A model generated the notes under the pieces. It saw nothing but the letters and a program-made list of their open reading frames with translations. It had not been told where the DNA came from and did no database searches. A DNA stretch of 61,610 bases, counting the filler, from Candidatus Tectimicrobiota bacterium (GTDB lineage Bacteria > JACPSX01): the NCBI GenBank assembly GCA_016193065.1. It is 5 parts of 5 records of this genome, joined end to end, with 100 filler letters (N's around TTAATTAATTAA, not from the genome) between each part and the next. Parts side by side here need not be neighbours in the genome. Positions count along the whole stretch, not along the records: positions 22,377 to 37,169 come from JACPSX010000126.1; 4 more parts are not named here. One strand, 5' to 3'. Both the position numbers and the translations under genes were made by a program. Of this stretch, positions 25,625-35,798 are shown in pieces. How positions within the stretch are numbered: the first letter of the stretch is position 1; each line of letters starts with the position of its first letter.

Positions 25625-26267
25625 CGGCCAGCCTTTCCCCCACCAGGGAGAGGATCTTTTCTTTGATCCCCCAGAGGTTGTACTGGTACGGGCTTATGGA
25701 GGCAATCCGCCGCGCCAGCTCGGATTCTCCCAGGGAGTCGCCGAGCCATTCCGAGAAGTCATTGGACTTCCTTCCCAGGCGGATGCGGGCCTCGACCAGG
25801 TGGAAGAAAAGGGAGTTGCGGCTGGCGTATTTCAGGCAGGAAAGGAATTCCTTCAGGTTGGCAGCCACGAGCCCCGTGGGGAAAAGAGCGCTGCGCTGCT
25901 CCAGGAAGAAGAATTCCGAGCCCGCCGGGATGCGGTCGAACCGTTCCCCTTCCCCGATGTGTCGTCCCAGGTAATCGACCAGGACCTCCCGGACCTCGCG
26001 CACCGTGTTGTATTCCCATGGGTCGATGCTGGCCAACTTTTCCGCCAGGACCTCCTGGTTCTGGGTGAGGAAGACCCAGCGGGCAAAATCGTTCATATAG
26101 TCCGAGGTCGTGAAGTGGCGGCGAAATAAGGAGTGGTGCATGTGATAAAAGATGGCCGAGCCGCTGACGGTGCGGACGGCTTCCAGGAGGGATTTCAGGT
26201 TATCCGCTTTGATTCCCGTCCAAATTCGAATTCCCGTCTCGCTGTAAAACTCAAAGGGTGGTCCCAT
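25614..26267 (-). CDS. DUF5752-like TreT-associated protein
   Basis: MGPPFEFY...SAIFYHMH...YMNDFARW and a second repeat SLFFHLVEARIRL...NDFSEW; typical TreT neighbour. Confidence 0.75.
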   Translation of the reverse strand: MGPPFEFYSETGIRIWTGIKADNLKSLLEAVRTVSGSAIFYHMHHSLFRRHFTTSDYMNDFARWVFLTQNQEVLAEKLASIDPWEYNTVREVREVLVDYLGRHIGEGERFDRIPAGSEFFFLEQRSALFPTGLVAANLKEFLSCLKYASRNSLFFHLVEARIRLGRKSNDFSEWLGDSLGESELARRIASISPYQYNLWGIKEKILSLVGERLADAS

Positions 26268-27911
26268 ATTGTTCTTCGATCCTTTCGAGAAGCTCGATGA
26301 CCTGAGCGGAGTCTGCAAGTTGGAAAGTTGCGCTGGTAGGTTGTGTTCCAGTACCCACCCGCACAGTAAGCCCTCTTCCTCGGAGGGCGCGAAAGCCGTC
26401 CTCGTCCGTCTCGTCGTCTCCGATGTATATCGGCATCGCGTCGGCGGGGCTAAATTGTTCGAGAAGGAATAGAACGGCCTTCCCCTTGTCAATTCCGGGA
26501 GGCTTGATCTCGAGAACCATACGGCCCGGAGGATGGAGAGTTGTCCCTTTGAAATACCATCCGAGGCCCAGACAGCGACTTGTTCCAGAAGGCGCCGGGC
26601 CTCCCGTAGGTCGGCGTTCCGGTAGTGGATCGCCAGGCTGACCCCCTTATGTTCCAGGAGAAATCCCTTCTTGCCGGAAGCGGCGAGTTCCACCTTCCGG
26701 AGGATCTCGTCGAGATGGTGGCCGGACCATCCCGGCGGGAGGAGGGAATAGGTTGAGCCGGAAGGGGAAAGGATAAAGGCTCCGTGACAGGCAACGCGAC
26801 AGATTCCAGGAACCGGCAGGAGAGACTTCAATTCGTCCATCGTCCTCCCCGAAATGACGCCGATCCGGAGGGACTTCCCGGCCGACAGGGACTCCAGGAC
26901 CTTAAGGAGCCGGTCCGCAGGCCGGGCCTGGTCGGGGGTTGAGGCAATGGGGACAAGCGTCCCGTCATAGTCCAGCAGGACGAAGCGGCGGCGGAATTCA
27001 GGGAAAAGATCGAGAAATCGCTCTACGGCCAGAAGGCGCTCCAGGATCCCCTTTGTGTAGTCCAGGCGCTCCACCCCCAAGGCCATAATTTCGCAATGGA
27101 GATCGCGGCGGATTTTTTCCACCCGCTGCGTGGTCTGAGGTTGCCCGATAATCCGGTCGTGACAACCGACGTCGATACCGACGGGGAAGGCGCGGACCGC
27201 AGTGGTATTCCCGTTCCGGAATACCAGGCGGTTCTCTCTGTCCACCTGGGCCTTGAGGATCTGAGCCGTGCATTCAAGGAAGTTATCCGCGTAAGAATCC
27301 AGGTGGAAACCGAGGATCGTGCTCCCCAGGAGGCCTTGAAGAATCTCGGAGCGCCAGGGCAAGGTCTCGAAGACATCGGGGTGGGGGAATGGAATGTGCC
27401 AGAAAAAGGCGATGAGCGCCTGCGGCCTCTGGTCCCGGATCAGGCGAGGGACGAGGGCCAGGTGATAATCGTGGATCCAGGTGAAATCCTCTTCGCCCAG
27501 TTCGCTGATCACGGCATCTGCAAACTTGCCATTGACGCGTTCGTAGGCCTTCCACTGATCCAGGGAAAAACGACAACGCCCCAGGAAATAGTGACACAGG
27601 GGCCAGAGAACCGTATTGGAAAACCCGTAGTAGAAGTTGGTGACATCTTTCTGGCTCAGGCCGATGAACTTGACCTGGTACCGGGGATCTTCTTCGGGGA
27701 TGTTGAGGGATCCGATCTCGCGCTCGACTTCCCCTTCCCCCCATCCCATCCACACTCCTCCCTGGGTCAGAAGAACGGGTTCCAGAGCGGAGACCATGCC
27801 GCCGATGGTCTTCTCGATCCGCCGCCCATCTTTTCCCATCCGGAAGACATAGGGCGTCCGGTTGGAGACGATGAGCAGCCGGCTCCCCGTGGGCAATCCT
27901 TGGCTGGTCAT
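26251..27911 (-). pseudogene. Trehalose-6-phosphate synthase/phosphatase, deleted and frameshifted
   Basis: OtsA motifs (VSNRTP, WIHDYHL, FFWHIPFP, ERLDYTKG) join directly to the HAD motif LDYDGTL. A 1-nt frameshift near 26522 separates the OtsB end (VLEIKP, DKGKA, IGDDETDEDGF). Confidence 0.85.
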
Positions 27912-28990
27912 GATTGGGGCCCTCCTCTTCGTTGACCCGATTCCGCGTCAAACAGGTGAAACTTCTGGGCGCGGAATCGGAATGGAACTTCGGCGCCGGG
28001 CGCGTTCCGGTAATCCGGCGGCGCCTTCGCGCACAGGACGTTTCCCCGCCAGGAAAATTTCACCCAGACTTCGGGGCCCACGGGCTCTGTGAGAATCAGG
28101 GTCCCCACCAGGGTCCCGCTGCGCCGGTCGGGCTCCAGGGTGATGTCCTCGGGTCGAATCCCGGCCTTGACCGCCGCCCGCATGCCGGCCCCGGAAGAAG
28201 CTCGCTCGGGAAGGGGCAGCCGCTCGGAGCCGATCGCAAGGCAGCCCTCTGCCAGCTCGGCAGCGAGGATGTTCATGGGAGGAGTTCCGATGAACTGGGC
28301 GACGAACAGATCGGCGGGCCCGGCGTATATTTCCTGGGGAGTGCCGCACTGGGCGATTATTCCCCGGGAGATGACGGCCATGCGGTCGGACAGGGTCAGG
28401 GCTTCGGATTGATCATGGGTCACGTAGATCGTGGTGATAGGGAACTCCAGGTGCAGACGCTTGATCTCGGTGCGCATTTCCAGACGCAGGCGGGCGTCCA
28501 GGTTGGAGAGGGGCTCGTCCATCAGGAACACCTTGGGCTTGCGCACGAGGGCCCGGCCCAGGGCCACGCGCTGCCTCTGCCCGCCGCTGAGCTCCCGGGG
28601 CTTCCTGCCCAGCAGCTCCTCGATCCCGAGCAGGCCGGCCACCTCCTGCACCCTGGCGGCGATCTCGGAGGCGGGGGTTTTGCGCATCCGCAAGGGGAAA
28701 GCGATGTTTTCCCGCACGGACAGGTGAGGATAGAGAGCGTAACTCTGGAACACCATGGCGACATCCCGCTCTCTGGGCGGGAGAGGATTCACCACCTGTT
28801 CATCAAAGAAGATCTTTCCCGCCGAGGCTTCGTCAAGGCCCGCGATGAGGTTGAGCAAGGTGGATTTTCCGCAACCGCTGGGCCCCACGAAAGTGAAGAA
28901 CTCCCCTTCCCGGATGGTCAGATTCAGGTCCGAGAGCACGGTGGCGGCGCCGAATTTCTTCTCCAGGTTTTCGAGCCTGACGGTGGCCAT
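27908..28990 (-). CDS. Sugar ABC transporter ATPase (MalK-like)
   Basis: GPSGCGKST, LSGGQRQR, DEPLSNLDA. Confidence 0.95.
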   Translation of the reverse strand: MATVRLENLEKKFGAATVLSDLNLTIREGEFFTFVGPSGCGKSTLLNLIAGLDEASAGKIFFDEQVVNPLPPRERDVAMVFQSYALYPHLSVRENIAFPLRMRKTPASEIAARVQEVAGLLGIEELLGRKPRELSGGQRQRVALGRALVRKPKVFLMDEPLSNLDARLRLEMRTEIKRLHLEFPITTIYVTHDQSEALTLSDRMAVISRGIIAQCGTPQEIYAGPADLFVAQFIGTPPMNILAAELAEGCLAIGSERLPLPERASSGAGMRAAVKAGIRPEDITLEPDRRSGTLVGTLILTEPVGPEVWVKFSWRGNVLCAKAPPDYRNAPGAEVPFRFRAQKFHLFDAESGQRRGGPQS

Positions 28991-28994
28991 GTTT

Positions 28995-29846
28995 CTACCC
29001 CTTGACGGCGCCCGCCGTCAGCCCCTCCACGATCCGGCGCTGGCAAAGGGCGGCCAGAACCAGGAGAGGGACAATAGCGACGATGGTGGCAGCGGCGATG
29101 TCTCCCCAGGGAACCTCCTGGACTCCCGGGAACAGGGCGATGCCCACGGGAACGGTCCGGGAGCGGGCCGTGGCGGAAAACGTGAGCGCGAAGAGAAACT
29201 CGTTCCAGGAGTAAATGAAGACAAAGATGGCGGCGGTGAATACGCCCGGAGCCGCCAGGGGCAAAACCGCGTGGATCAGGGCCTGGAGGGGGGAACAACC
29301 ATCCACTTGAGCCGCCGCGTAGATCTCGCGCGGAATCTTGTCGAAGAAATTGGTGAGGATCCAGATCGCCAGGGGGAGGGAGAACGTGGTGTGCAGGAGG
29401 ATCAGCGCCCACGGCGTATCCCTGAGACCCAGGGCGCGGATCAGGATGTAGAGGGGACTGACGATGGCGATGGGAGGAAACATGGAGACGGAGAGGACCA
29501 GCGCGAGGATCGGCTTCCTGGCCGGGATTCGGACCTGAGAAAGGGCCATTCCGGCGGTCGCCCCGACGAGCAGCGTGAGAATCGTGGAGAGGGACGCCAC
29601 CAGGGCGCTGTTCAGGACGAGCCGGGGAAAGGGCGACTGGGCGAAGACGATTCTGTAGTGCTCCCACGTCCAGCGCGCGGGGAGAAGCGGGGGGAGGGTC
29701 GTCAGTTCCGCTTCCGGCTTGAGGGAAGTAAGAAGTTGCCAGAGGAGAGGCCAGAGGGAGTAGAGTGTCACGACGCCCAGGGACAGACCGAAGAATGCCT
29801 TTCCCGGGCTGAGCTTGCGATGGAGGTCGGTGTTCCGGGCGCTCAA
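28995..29846 (-). CDS. Carbohydrate ABC permease (MalG-like)
   Basis: TM helices, IPREIYAAAQVDG loop, FIYSWNEFLFAL. Confidence 0.93.
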   Translation of the reverse strand: MSARNTDLHRKLSPGKAFFGLSLGVVTLYSLWPLLWQLLTSLKPEAELTTLPPLLPARWTWEHYRIVFAQSPFPRLVLNSALVASLSTILTLLVGATAGMALSQVRIPARKPILALVLSVSMFPPIAIVSPLYILIRALGLRDTPWALILLHTTFSLPLAIWILTNFFDKIPREIYAAAQVDGCSPLQALIHAVLPLAAPGVFTAAIFVFIYSWNEFLFALTFSATARSRTVPVGIALFPGVQEVPWGDIAAATIVAIVPLLVLAALCQRRIVEGLTAGAVKG

Positions 29847-30745
29847 TAGGCTATCTCCCTCCGCAGAAACCTCAGGTAGGCTAGGCTTGTGAGCAGCACG
29901 CAAAGGAACGTGAGGACCGCCAGGGTGGACCCGTAGCCGAACTGCAGAGTCTGGAAGAGGGTCTTGTACGTGTACACGGAGAGCGTCTCGGTGGTGTTGG
30001 CGGGACCTCCTCCCGTCAGGACGTAGATGGCGTCGAAAACGCGAAAGGCGTCCAGGGTTCGAAACAGCAGGACCACCAGCAGGGCCGGTCGCAGCAGAGG
30101 CAGAGTGAGGCGGCGGAAGACCGCCCAGGCTCCCGCCCCGTCGACCTGGGCGGCCTGGTAGAGATCGCGGGGAATGGTCATCAGAGCCGCGCTGAGAAGA
30201 AAGGCGGCAAAGGGGGTGGTCTTCCAGACGTCCATGAGGATCGCGGCATGCAGGGCCAGGGTCCGGTCACCGAGCCAGTTCAGCGGGGAACTGACGAGAC
30301 CCGAGCGGAGGAGCAGGAAGTTGATGAAGCCGAAATCCGCGTTGTACATCCATTCCCACATTCTGGCCGAAACCACCGTGGGGATAGCCCAGGGGACCAG
30401 GAGCGCGGCCCGGACCCAGCCGCGGCCCCGGAAGGAGTGGCGGATGAGCAGGGCAATCGCCATCCCGAGGATAATCTCTGCGGTCACGGAGACGGCGGTG
30501 AAATAGGCGGTATTCAGCAGGCTCTGCCAGAAGCGGGGATCGTGGAGGGCGATCCAGTAATTCTCCAGACCCACGAAGCGCGAAATGTCGAAGATCAGAA
30601 GGCGGCGCTGGAAGCTCAGCCACAGTGCCCAGAGGATCGGGCCCAGGGCCAGCAGTCCCAGGATTCCCAGAGCCGGCAACACCAGGAGATGGCCGGCATA
30701 CCGGGAAGACATCCCTTGCCTCATCCGGTCAGCTTTCCCGTTCAA
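29843..30745 (-). CDS. Carbohydrate ABC permease (MalF-like)
   Basis: FVGLENY, DVWKTTPF, TGGGPANTTET. Confidence 0.93.
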   Translation of the reverse strand: MNGKADRMRQGMSSRYAGHLLVLPALGILGLLALGPILWALWLSFQRRLLIFDISRFVGLENYWIALHDPRFWQSLLNTAYFTAVSVTAEIILGMAIALLIRHSFRGRGWVRAALLVPWAIPTVVSARMWEWMYNADFGFINFLLLRSGLVSSPLNWLGDRTLALHAAILMDVWKTTPFAAFLLSAALMTIPRDLYQAAQVDGAGAWAVFRRLTLPLLRPALLVVLLFRTLDAFRVFDAIYVLTGGGPANTTETLSVYTYKTLFQTLQFGYGSTLAVLTFLCVLLTSLAYLRFLRREIAY

Positions 30746-32033
30746 TGCTCAGGATCCTTCTGATCTGGGTCTCCGCGCCGGCCATGGCCCGGGCAGGGTC
30801 TCGGATACCGGCCAGGACGGCGCTGAACTCGGGCTGCAGGACCTGGGAGATCATCATGTAATAGGGGGTCACGGGCCTGGGCCGGGCCCTTTGGAAGACC
30901 TCGTAGAGCTCCGCGATGAACGGCTGTGCCCGGCGCAAGTCCGGGTCCCGGTAGAGGGGGACGCGGGTGGGTTTATAGCCTAGCTCGATGGCCATCACCT
31001 TCTGCACGGGCTCCGAGGTGAGATACCGGACCAGCTCGGCGGCCAACTGGGGGTGTCTTGAGGAGGCATTGACCCCCAGGTGCCACCCGCCCAGCGTGGC
31101 GGCGCTGTGCCCGCCGGGGAACGCGGGTAGAGGAGACACTCCGATTTTTCCTCGCACCGGGGAGGAGGGTCTCTGGAAAATGTTCCAGGCATAGGGCCAG
31201 TTTCGCATGAAGACGGCGTTGCCGTCTCCGAAGATGCGGCGGGTCGGCTCCTCGATGGCGGAGGTAACCAGGGGGGGAGTAACGCCGTGGACCCGGATCA
31301 GGTCGCGCATGAAGGCCAGCGCCCCGCGGACCGCCGGCGAGTTCAGAAGAAGCCGGCCATCGGGACCTATCACCTCTCCGTTATTACTCCATATGTATTC
31401 CAGGACATTGCACACGAGCCCTTCGTATTGCTTCCCTTGCCAAATGAATCCGTACAGCTTGGGATTCCCTTCGCGGCGCAGGATGGCGCGGGCCGTCCGG
31501 ACAAGCTCCGGCCAAGTCTTGGGCGGTGCATAGTCATACTTGGCCAGAAGATCTTTTCGAAAGTAAAGAAGCCCCGCGTCAATGTACCAGGGAGCCGCGT
31601 AGATCTTCCCCTCTGAGAGGTCCGGCCCCAGGGCCACCGGCAGGAATTGTTCTCTGTCAGCCGGAGGAAAAAACGGGGTCAGGTCGCGGATCCAGCCGGC
31701 GCGAATGAACTCCGGCACCCAAATGATATCCATGGAAAGAACGTCGATGTCGGCGGAACGCCCTTCCAGATTGATCACGTAGAACTGGTGCTGCTCGTCC
31801 GTGGAGGCGGGGAGAACCTCATCCTTCACTCTGACTCCGGGGTGAGCCTCTTCGAAATCCCGCAAGATCCGCCGCAATACCTCGGGATCTCCCGTGAGCT
31901 TCCCGTGCTTGAACACGAGAGTGATGGTCTTTTCCCCGCGCGCTGGAGCTTCCCCTCGTACAGTGCAGGAGGTCAGAACTCCCGGGAGAAGCATGACGAA
32001 CAGGAGGCAGATCACCCGTTGCAAGATCGGCAT
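30729..32033 (-). CDS. Sugar ABC substrate-binding lipoprotein (trehalose/maltose-like)
   Basis: Lipobox LTSC, DIIWVPEF, QGKQYEGLVCN, FMRNWPYAW, ATLGGW. Confidence 0.9.
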   Translation of the reverse strand: MPILQRVICLLFVMLLPGVLTSCTVRGEAPARGEKTITLVFKHGKLTGDPEVLRRILRDFEEAHPGVRVKDEVLPASTDEQHQFYVINLEGRSADIDVLSMDIIWVPEFIRAGWIRDLTPFFPPADREQFLPVALGPDLSEGKIYAAPWYIDAGLLYFRKDLLAKYDYAPPKTWPELVRTARAILRREGNPKLYGFIWQGKQYEGLVCNVLEYIWSNNGEVIGPDGRLLLNSPAVRGALAFMRDLIRVHGVTPPLVTSAIEEPTRRIFGDGNAVFMRNWPYAWNIFQRPSSPVRGKIGVSPLPAFPGGHSAATLGGWHLGVNASSRHPQLAAELVRYLTSEPVQKVMAIELGYKPTRVPLYRDPDLRRAQPFIAELYEVFQRARPRPVTPYYMMISQVLQPEFSAVLAGIRDPARAMAGAETQIRRILSIERES

Positions 32034-32146
32034 CTCGGGTCCCTTCTCCGGCAGAGGCAGGACAGAGCGAGGATTCGCAAAGCTAAGAATACCAAACCAA
32101 GAGGGAAATAGGAAGGGCGGCCGCCGTTCGCGGCAGCCTTGACCCG

Positions 32147-32860
32147 TTAGAGATGAGAGATTCCGCTCTTCTTTTCCCCGTGCGGGGTCTCACCTCTCCC
32201 AAAGTGCTCCTCCAGAAACGCGCGGGCTTTGTCCTGTGCACCCAGACCGAAGGCCAGAGCCAGGGCGAGAATGACTCCGCCGAAGGTAATCGCGAAGGCG
32301 ACCACGATGAGGTTTCGGGCCAGGCCCAGTTGCTCCAGGGCCATGGCGACGGTGAAGGCCAGTATGGTGACTCGCACTCCTTGGGCGATCCATCGGGAGT
32401 GGCGCAGGTTGGCATTGACGGCGGCAATCAGAGTGGCCCGGCCGATGAAGTTACCGAGCAAGAACCCGATGAACAGGATGACCACAGCCACCAAAAGGTC
32501 GGGGAGAAATGCGAAAAAACCTGAGGTGAGCCGATCCGTTGCCTTCATTCCCAGGGCCTCCAGGGCGGCCACCAGGAAAATGATCAGGACAGTCCAGTAG
32601 ACCAGCCGGCTGAGAAAGAGCGAAGGTGCCTCCCCAATCGCTCCCCCGAGCAGGCTGTCCGAGAACCCCAGGCGTTGACTGGCCTGGTCGATCTTGCCTG
32701 CCCTGAGAAGACGAATCATCAGATAGCGGATCAGCAGCGCGACCAAAAAACCGACGACCGCAATCATGAGGGCTACCAGCAGGTTGGGAAGGAACAGAGC
32801 AAGCTTTTCTCCAAAGAGGCGAAGGGAATTACTCGCTGCCTGGCTCAAATAATCGATCAT
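32147..32860 (-). CDS. TM-helix-repeat membrane protein (MscS-associated/CmpX-like)
   Basis: Repeated FLPNLLVAL / FLPDLLVAV; C-terminal LALALAFGLGAQD. Confidence 0.75.
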   Translation of the reverse strand: MIDYLSQAASNSLRLFGEKLALFLPNLLVALMIAVVGFLVALLIRYLMIRLLRAGKIDQASQRLGFSDSLLGGAIGEAPSLFLSRLVYWTVLIIFLVAALEALGMKATDRLTSGFFAFLPDLLVAVVILFIGFLLGNFIGRATLIAAVNANLRHSRWIAQGVRVTILAFTVAMALEQLGLARNLIVVAFAITFGGVILALALAFGLGAQDKARAFLEEHFGRGETPHGEKKSGISHL

Positions 32861-32862
32861 GG

Positions 32863-34158
32863 TTATTTCCTCCTGGCCTCGGAGTCGCCTTCTTTCCAAC
32901 GATCCCTAAGGTAATCTTTGTGACTTTGGAAAGTCAAGGCGAGCTTCTCGATCACATCCTCGGCCTCTTCGGAGCTGCTGGCGCGGGTGGAGAGGACGAG
33001 GGAGGCGATTTTAGCAAGATAGAGAGGGACGAGACTCCTGAGGAGGTGATCCCGGTTCATGACCCGGAAGTGATGGGCAAGGGCAAATTCGTAGATGATT
33101 TGGGTCCAGAGTTCGTCATCGATGGAAAACTTCTCGGGGGGGGCCTGTCCTTCCTGGGTGAGACGCTGGAGAATTTCCGGGGTGAGGATGGTTTGCCACA
33201 GAGGGGACAGCTCCCGGAGACCCAGGCGAAAGTTGTCGATCATCCGCTCGATGTTGACGTCTACGGGTTCGGACCCTACGGCGTGCGGGAAACCGAAGAG
33301 CGGAACCTCCTCGGAGTGATTGACTCGCTCCCAATAAGGGAAAAATTCATCCATCAGGCTGAACACGGAGCCCACCACCTGGGTCATCATCGAGGCCAGG
33401 TGAACGCCGGGATCTTTGGCATCGTGGATCTTGGCGCCGAGGAACGACTGGCAGACCCTGGCGTTCGTGGCCAGCGCGATGGTAGTCATCCAGATGTCGA
33501 TCCCGAAACGGGCCACGTCGGTCTCCCAAACATTCCGGCTCAGGAACTCGTCCACAAGCTTTTGGGAAAAACCGAAGTCGCCTCCTATGGGCTGGCGCAC
33601 CCGCTTTCCGTAGAGGGCGCGGGTCAAAGGATAGACGATCGTATTCGTGATGGTGCCGTCGTACTTGTGGCGCATGTAAAGGGGCGATACATAGTCGAAG
33701 CCTTCGGACAGCACAGGTCTCAGGAGCAGCTCCATCCACTCGGGAGTGATACTCCGCAAGTCGGAATCCACGACGGCGCAGGCCCTGACCTGAAGAGCTC
33801 TGGCGATTTCGAAAATGGTCCGAAAGGAACTTCCCTTGCCTGGAATCCCGTGATAGGGGGTGATGATTTTCTCCAGGGGATTCACGGAGGATTGGAGCAG
33901 AAGAGCCCGGGGATCTCCCAAGGTAGCGCTGCGCACGACGTCCGTCGTCCCGTCGCTGGAGCCGCCGTCGGAGTTCACCAGGACGGCCCGGAAAGAGGGG
34001 AAATGCCTTGCCAGCCCGGCACTCACTGCCCTGACTACATGGGCAATTGTCTTGGAGTTGTTGTAGCTGGGAATGCCGATCAGGATGTCGGCCGCGCCTA
34101 TCCGGGCTATTGCTTCTTCTTTGCTCTCAGCAGACTGTTCGGAGCTGTGTGGATCCAT
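32863..34158 (-). CDS. Glucosylglycerate/mannosylglycerate synthase-like glycosyltransferase
   Basis: IGIPSYNN, DGGSSDGT, GIPGKGS, DSDLRSI, RHKYDGTITN, RQPIGGDF. Confidence 0.8.
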   Translation of the reverse strand: MDPHSSEQSAESKEEAIARIGAADILIGIPSYNNSKTIAHVVRAVSAGLARHFPSFRAVLVNSDGGSSDGTTDVVRSATLGDPRALLLQSSVNPLEKIITPYHGIPGKGSSFRTIFEIARALQVRACAVVDSDLRSITPEWMELLLRPVLSEGFDYVSPLYMRHKYDGTITNTIVYPLTRALYGKRVRQPIGGDFGFSQKLVDEFLSRNVWETDVARFGIDIWMTTIALATNARVCQSFLGAKIHDAKDPGVHLASMMTQVVGSVFSLMDEFFPYWERVNHSEEVPLFGFPHAVGSEPVDVNIERMIDNFRLGLRELSPLWQTILTPEILQRLTQEGQAPPEKFSIDDELWTQIIYEFALAHHFRVMNRDHLLRSLVPLYLAKIASLVLSTRASSSEEAEDVIEKLALTFQSHKDYLRDRWKEGDSEARRK

Positions 34159-34337
34159 GCGCGATTTACTTGGTCATTTATCTCCGACCGTTGAGATTTC
34201 AGGGTCTACCTGCCGGCTGTTGAGCTACCGTTTTTTAAATTAACACTTCGACGGGGAATGCACAAGGGAGTCCTCTGAGGCATCGACGAACATCGAAGGG
34301 CGCAATACGACCCGGCGGGGGAAAGAGGGCAGGTGCT

Positions 34338-35519
34338 TCACCGGGAGGGGATTCCACCATTCAAGTAAGAGAAGGTCGTGGCCACGGCAATTTGGATCCC
34401 AGGAGCCAGGGCCTGATCGTTAAAGTCAAAGTAAGGACTATGCAGGGGGACGCTCTCGGCTCCTGCCGGCGTGGTCCCCAGGAGGCAGATCGCACCGGGA
34501 ACACTTTCCAGAAATGGGGAAAGCTCTTCCGTGCCCGGAGCCGGATGGCCCAGGTTCTGGAGGTGATCCGGCCCCCACAGTGCTTCGGCTCCCTTGCAAA
34601 TCTGGCCGGCAAAAGCGGCATCTTGGCGGGGCATGGGAGTCCCTGCCTCGTAGTCAACCTGGCAGCGTCCTCCGTAAGCTCCGCAGACCCCGGCGACGAG
34701 GGATTCCATGGCGCCTCGCAAGGCGTCCCTCTGGCCGGCGCTTTCGATCTGGATCATACCCTTGATCTGCACGGAATCCGGGATCACATTGGGGGCACTT
34801 CCTCCCTGGATGGTTGAGAGGGTCACTGCGGAGCTTGCGAAACGGCCCGTCAGAGATTGCAGGCCGTTAATCACCTGGGCGGAGAGAAAAATCGGATCAA
34901 TGACCGTCTGCGGGAAAGCCGGATGACCGCCTCTTCCCTGGATCTGGATCTGGAAGGAGTCTGTTAGAACCGCTGCACCGTCCGTCAGCGCCACCTTGCC
35001 CAGAGGGACCTCCGGCGAACTGTGGATGCCCAAAATGGCCTCAATCCGAGGAGAGTCCTGCAAAACCCCGGCCTCGATCATGGCCTTGGCTCCCCCTCTG
35101 CCCTCGTCAGCGGGTTGGAGAATGAATTTCACATTCCCGCGCAACCGGTCTTTCATCAAGCTCAAAATCTTGGCAGTCCCGAGGGAGATGGCCAGATGGC
35201 CGTCATGGCCGCAGGCGTGCATGATGTCTGCTTTCTTGGAAGCATGGGAGAAATTGCTGCGCTCTTGAATGGGGACCGCATCGAGCTCCGCCCGGATGGC
35301 GAGCGTCCGGCCCGGCAGGGAGCCCCGCAAGAGGCCCACCACGCCGGTCTTGGCCACCCCCCGGTTAACGTCCAACCCCAGGGTCTTGAAGTAACGGGAT
35401 GCAACCTCGGCGGTGCGGACTTCCTCGAAGGCGAGCTCCGGGTGGGCGTGAATATCGCGCCGCATCTTCACCAATTTGGGAAGTACCCGATCGATTTCCG
35501 AATACAGGGTCTTTTTCAT
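34338..35519 (-). CDS. M20 family amidohydrolase
   Basis: RRDIHAHPEL, MHACGHDGH, QPADEG, LHSPYFDF. Confidence 0.93.
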   Translation of the reverse strand: MKKTLYSEIDRVLPKLVKMRRDIHAHPELAFEEVRTAEVASRYFKTLGLDVNRGVAKTGVVGLLRGSLPGRTLAIRAELDAVPIQERSNFSHASKKADIMHACGHDGHLAISLGTAKILSLMKDRLRGNVKFILQPADEGRGGAKAMIEAGVLQDSPRIEAILGIHSSPEVPLGKVALTDGAAVLTDSFQIQIQGRGGHPAFPQTVIDPIFLSAQVINGLQSLTGRFASSAVTLSTIQGGSAPNVIPDSVQIKGMIQIESAGQRDALRGAMESLVAGVCGAYGGRCQVDYEAGTPMPRQDAAFAGQICKGAEALWGPDHLQNLGHPAPGTEELSPFLESVPGAICLLGTTPAGAESVPLHSPYFDFNDQALAPGIQIAVATTFSYLNGGIPSR

Positions 35520-35798
35520 AGTTCCTCCATGAGCCGGCCTTTATTTTCTTTCTATCTTTCTGTTTTCTCCGGCCGTCGCGGCCCTTGTTGACGTTTTCTG
35601 ATGGGGCCTGGTTCAGCTATGTATCGGCACCTGGGGCGCTGGAATTCACTGCAGAAAATCGAGGGGAGGCCGGGGCAGAGGACCGGGCCCGGCCCACCGG
35701 CCCCGGACAGAAATTGTCTTTACTCGGGTTTGACCTGAGATACAATAAAAAAATTGGCAAGGTTTTCCCGCTCGCGAGCCGGGAAGGAGTCCAGTTCC

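Noticed and set aside
25614-27911. 765-aa TPS-TPP-DUF5752 triple fusion in the ORF track
   Set aside because: It arises from the frameshift near 26522. The true TPP end is in ORF 26251..26520, and the DUF5752-like gene has its own ATG at 26267.
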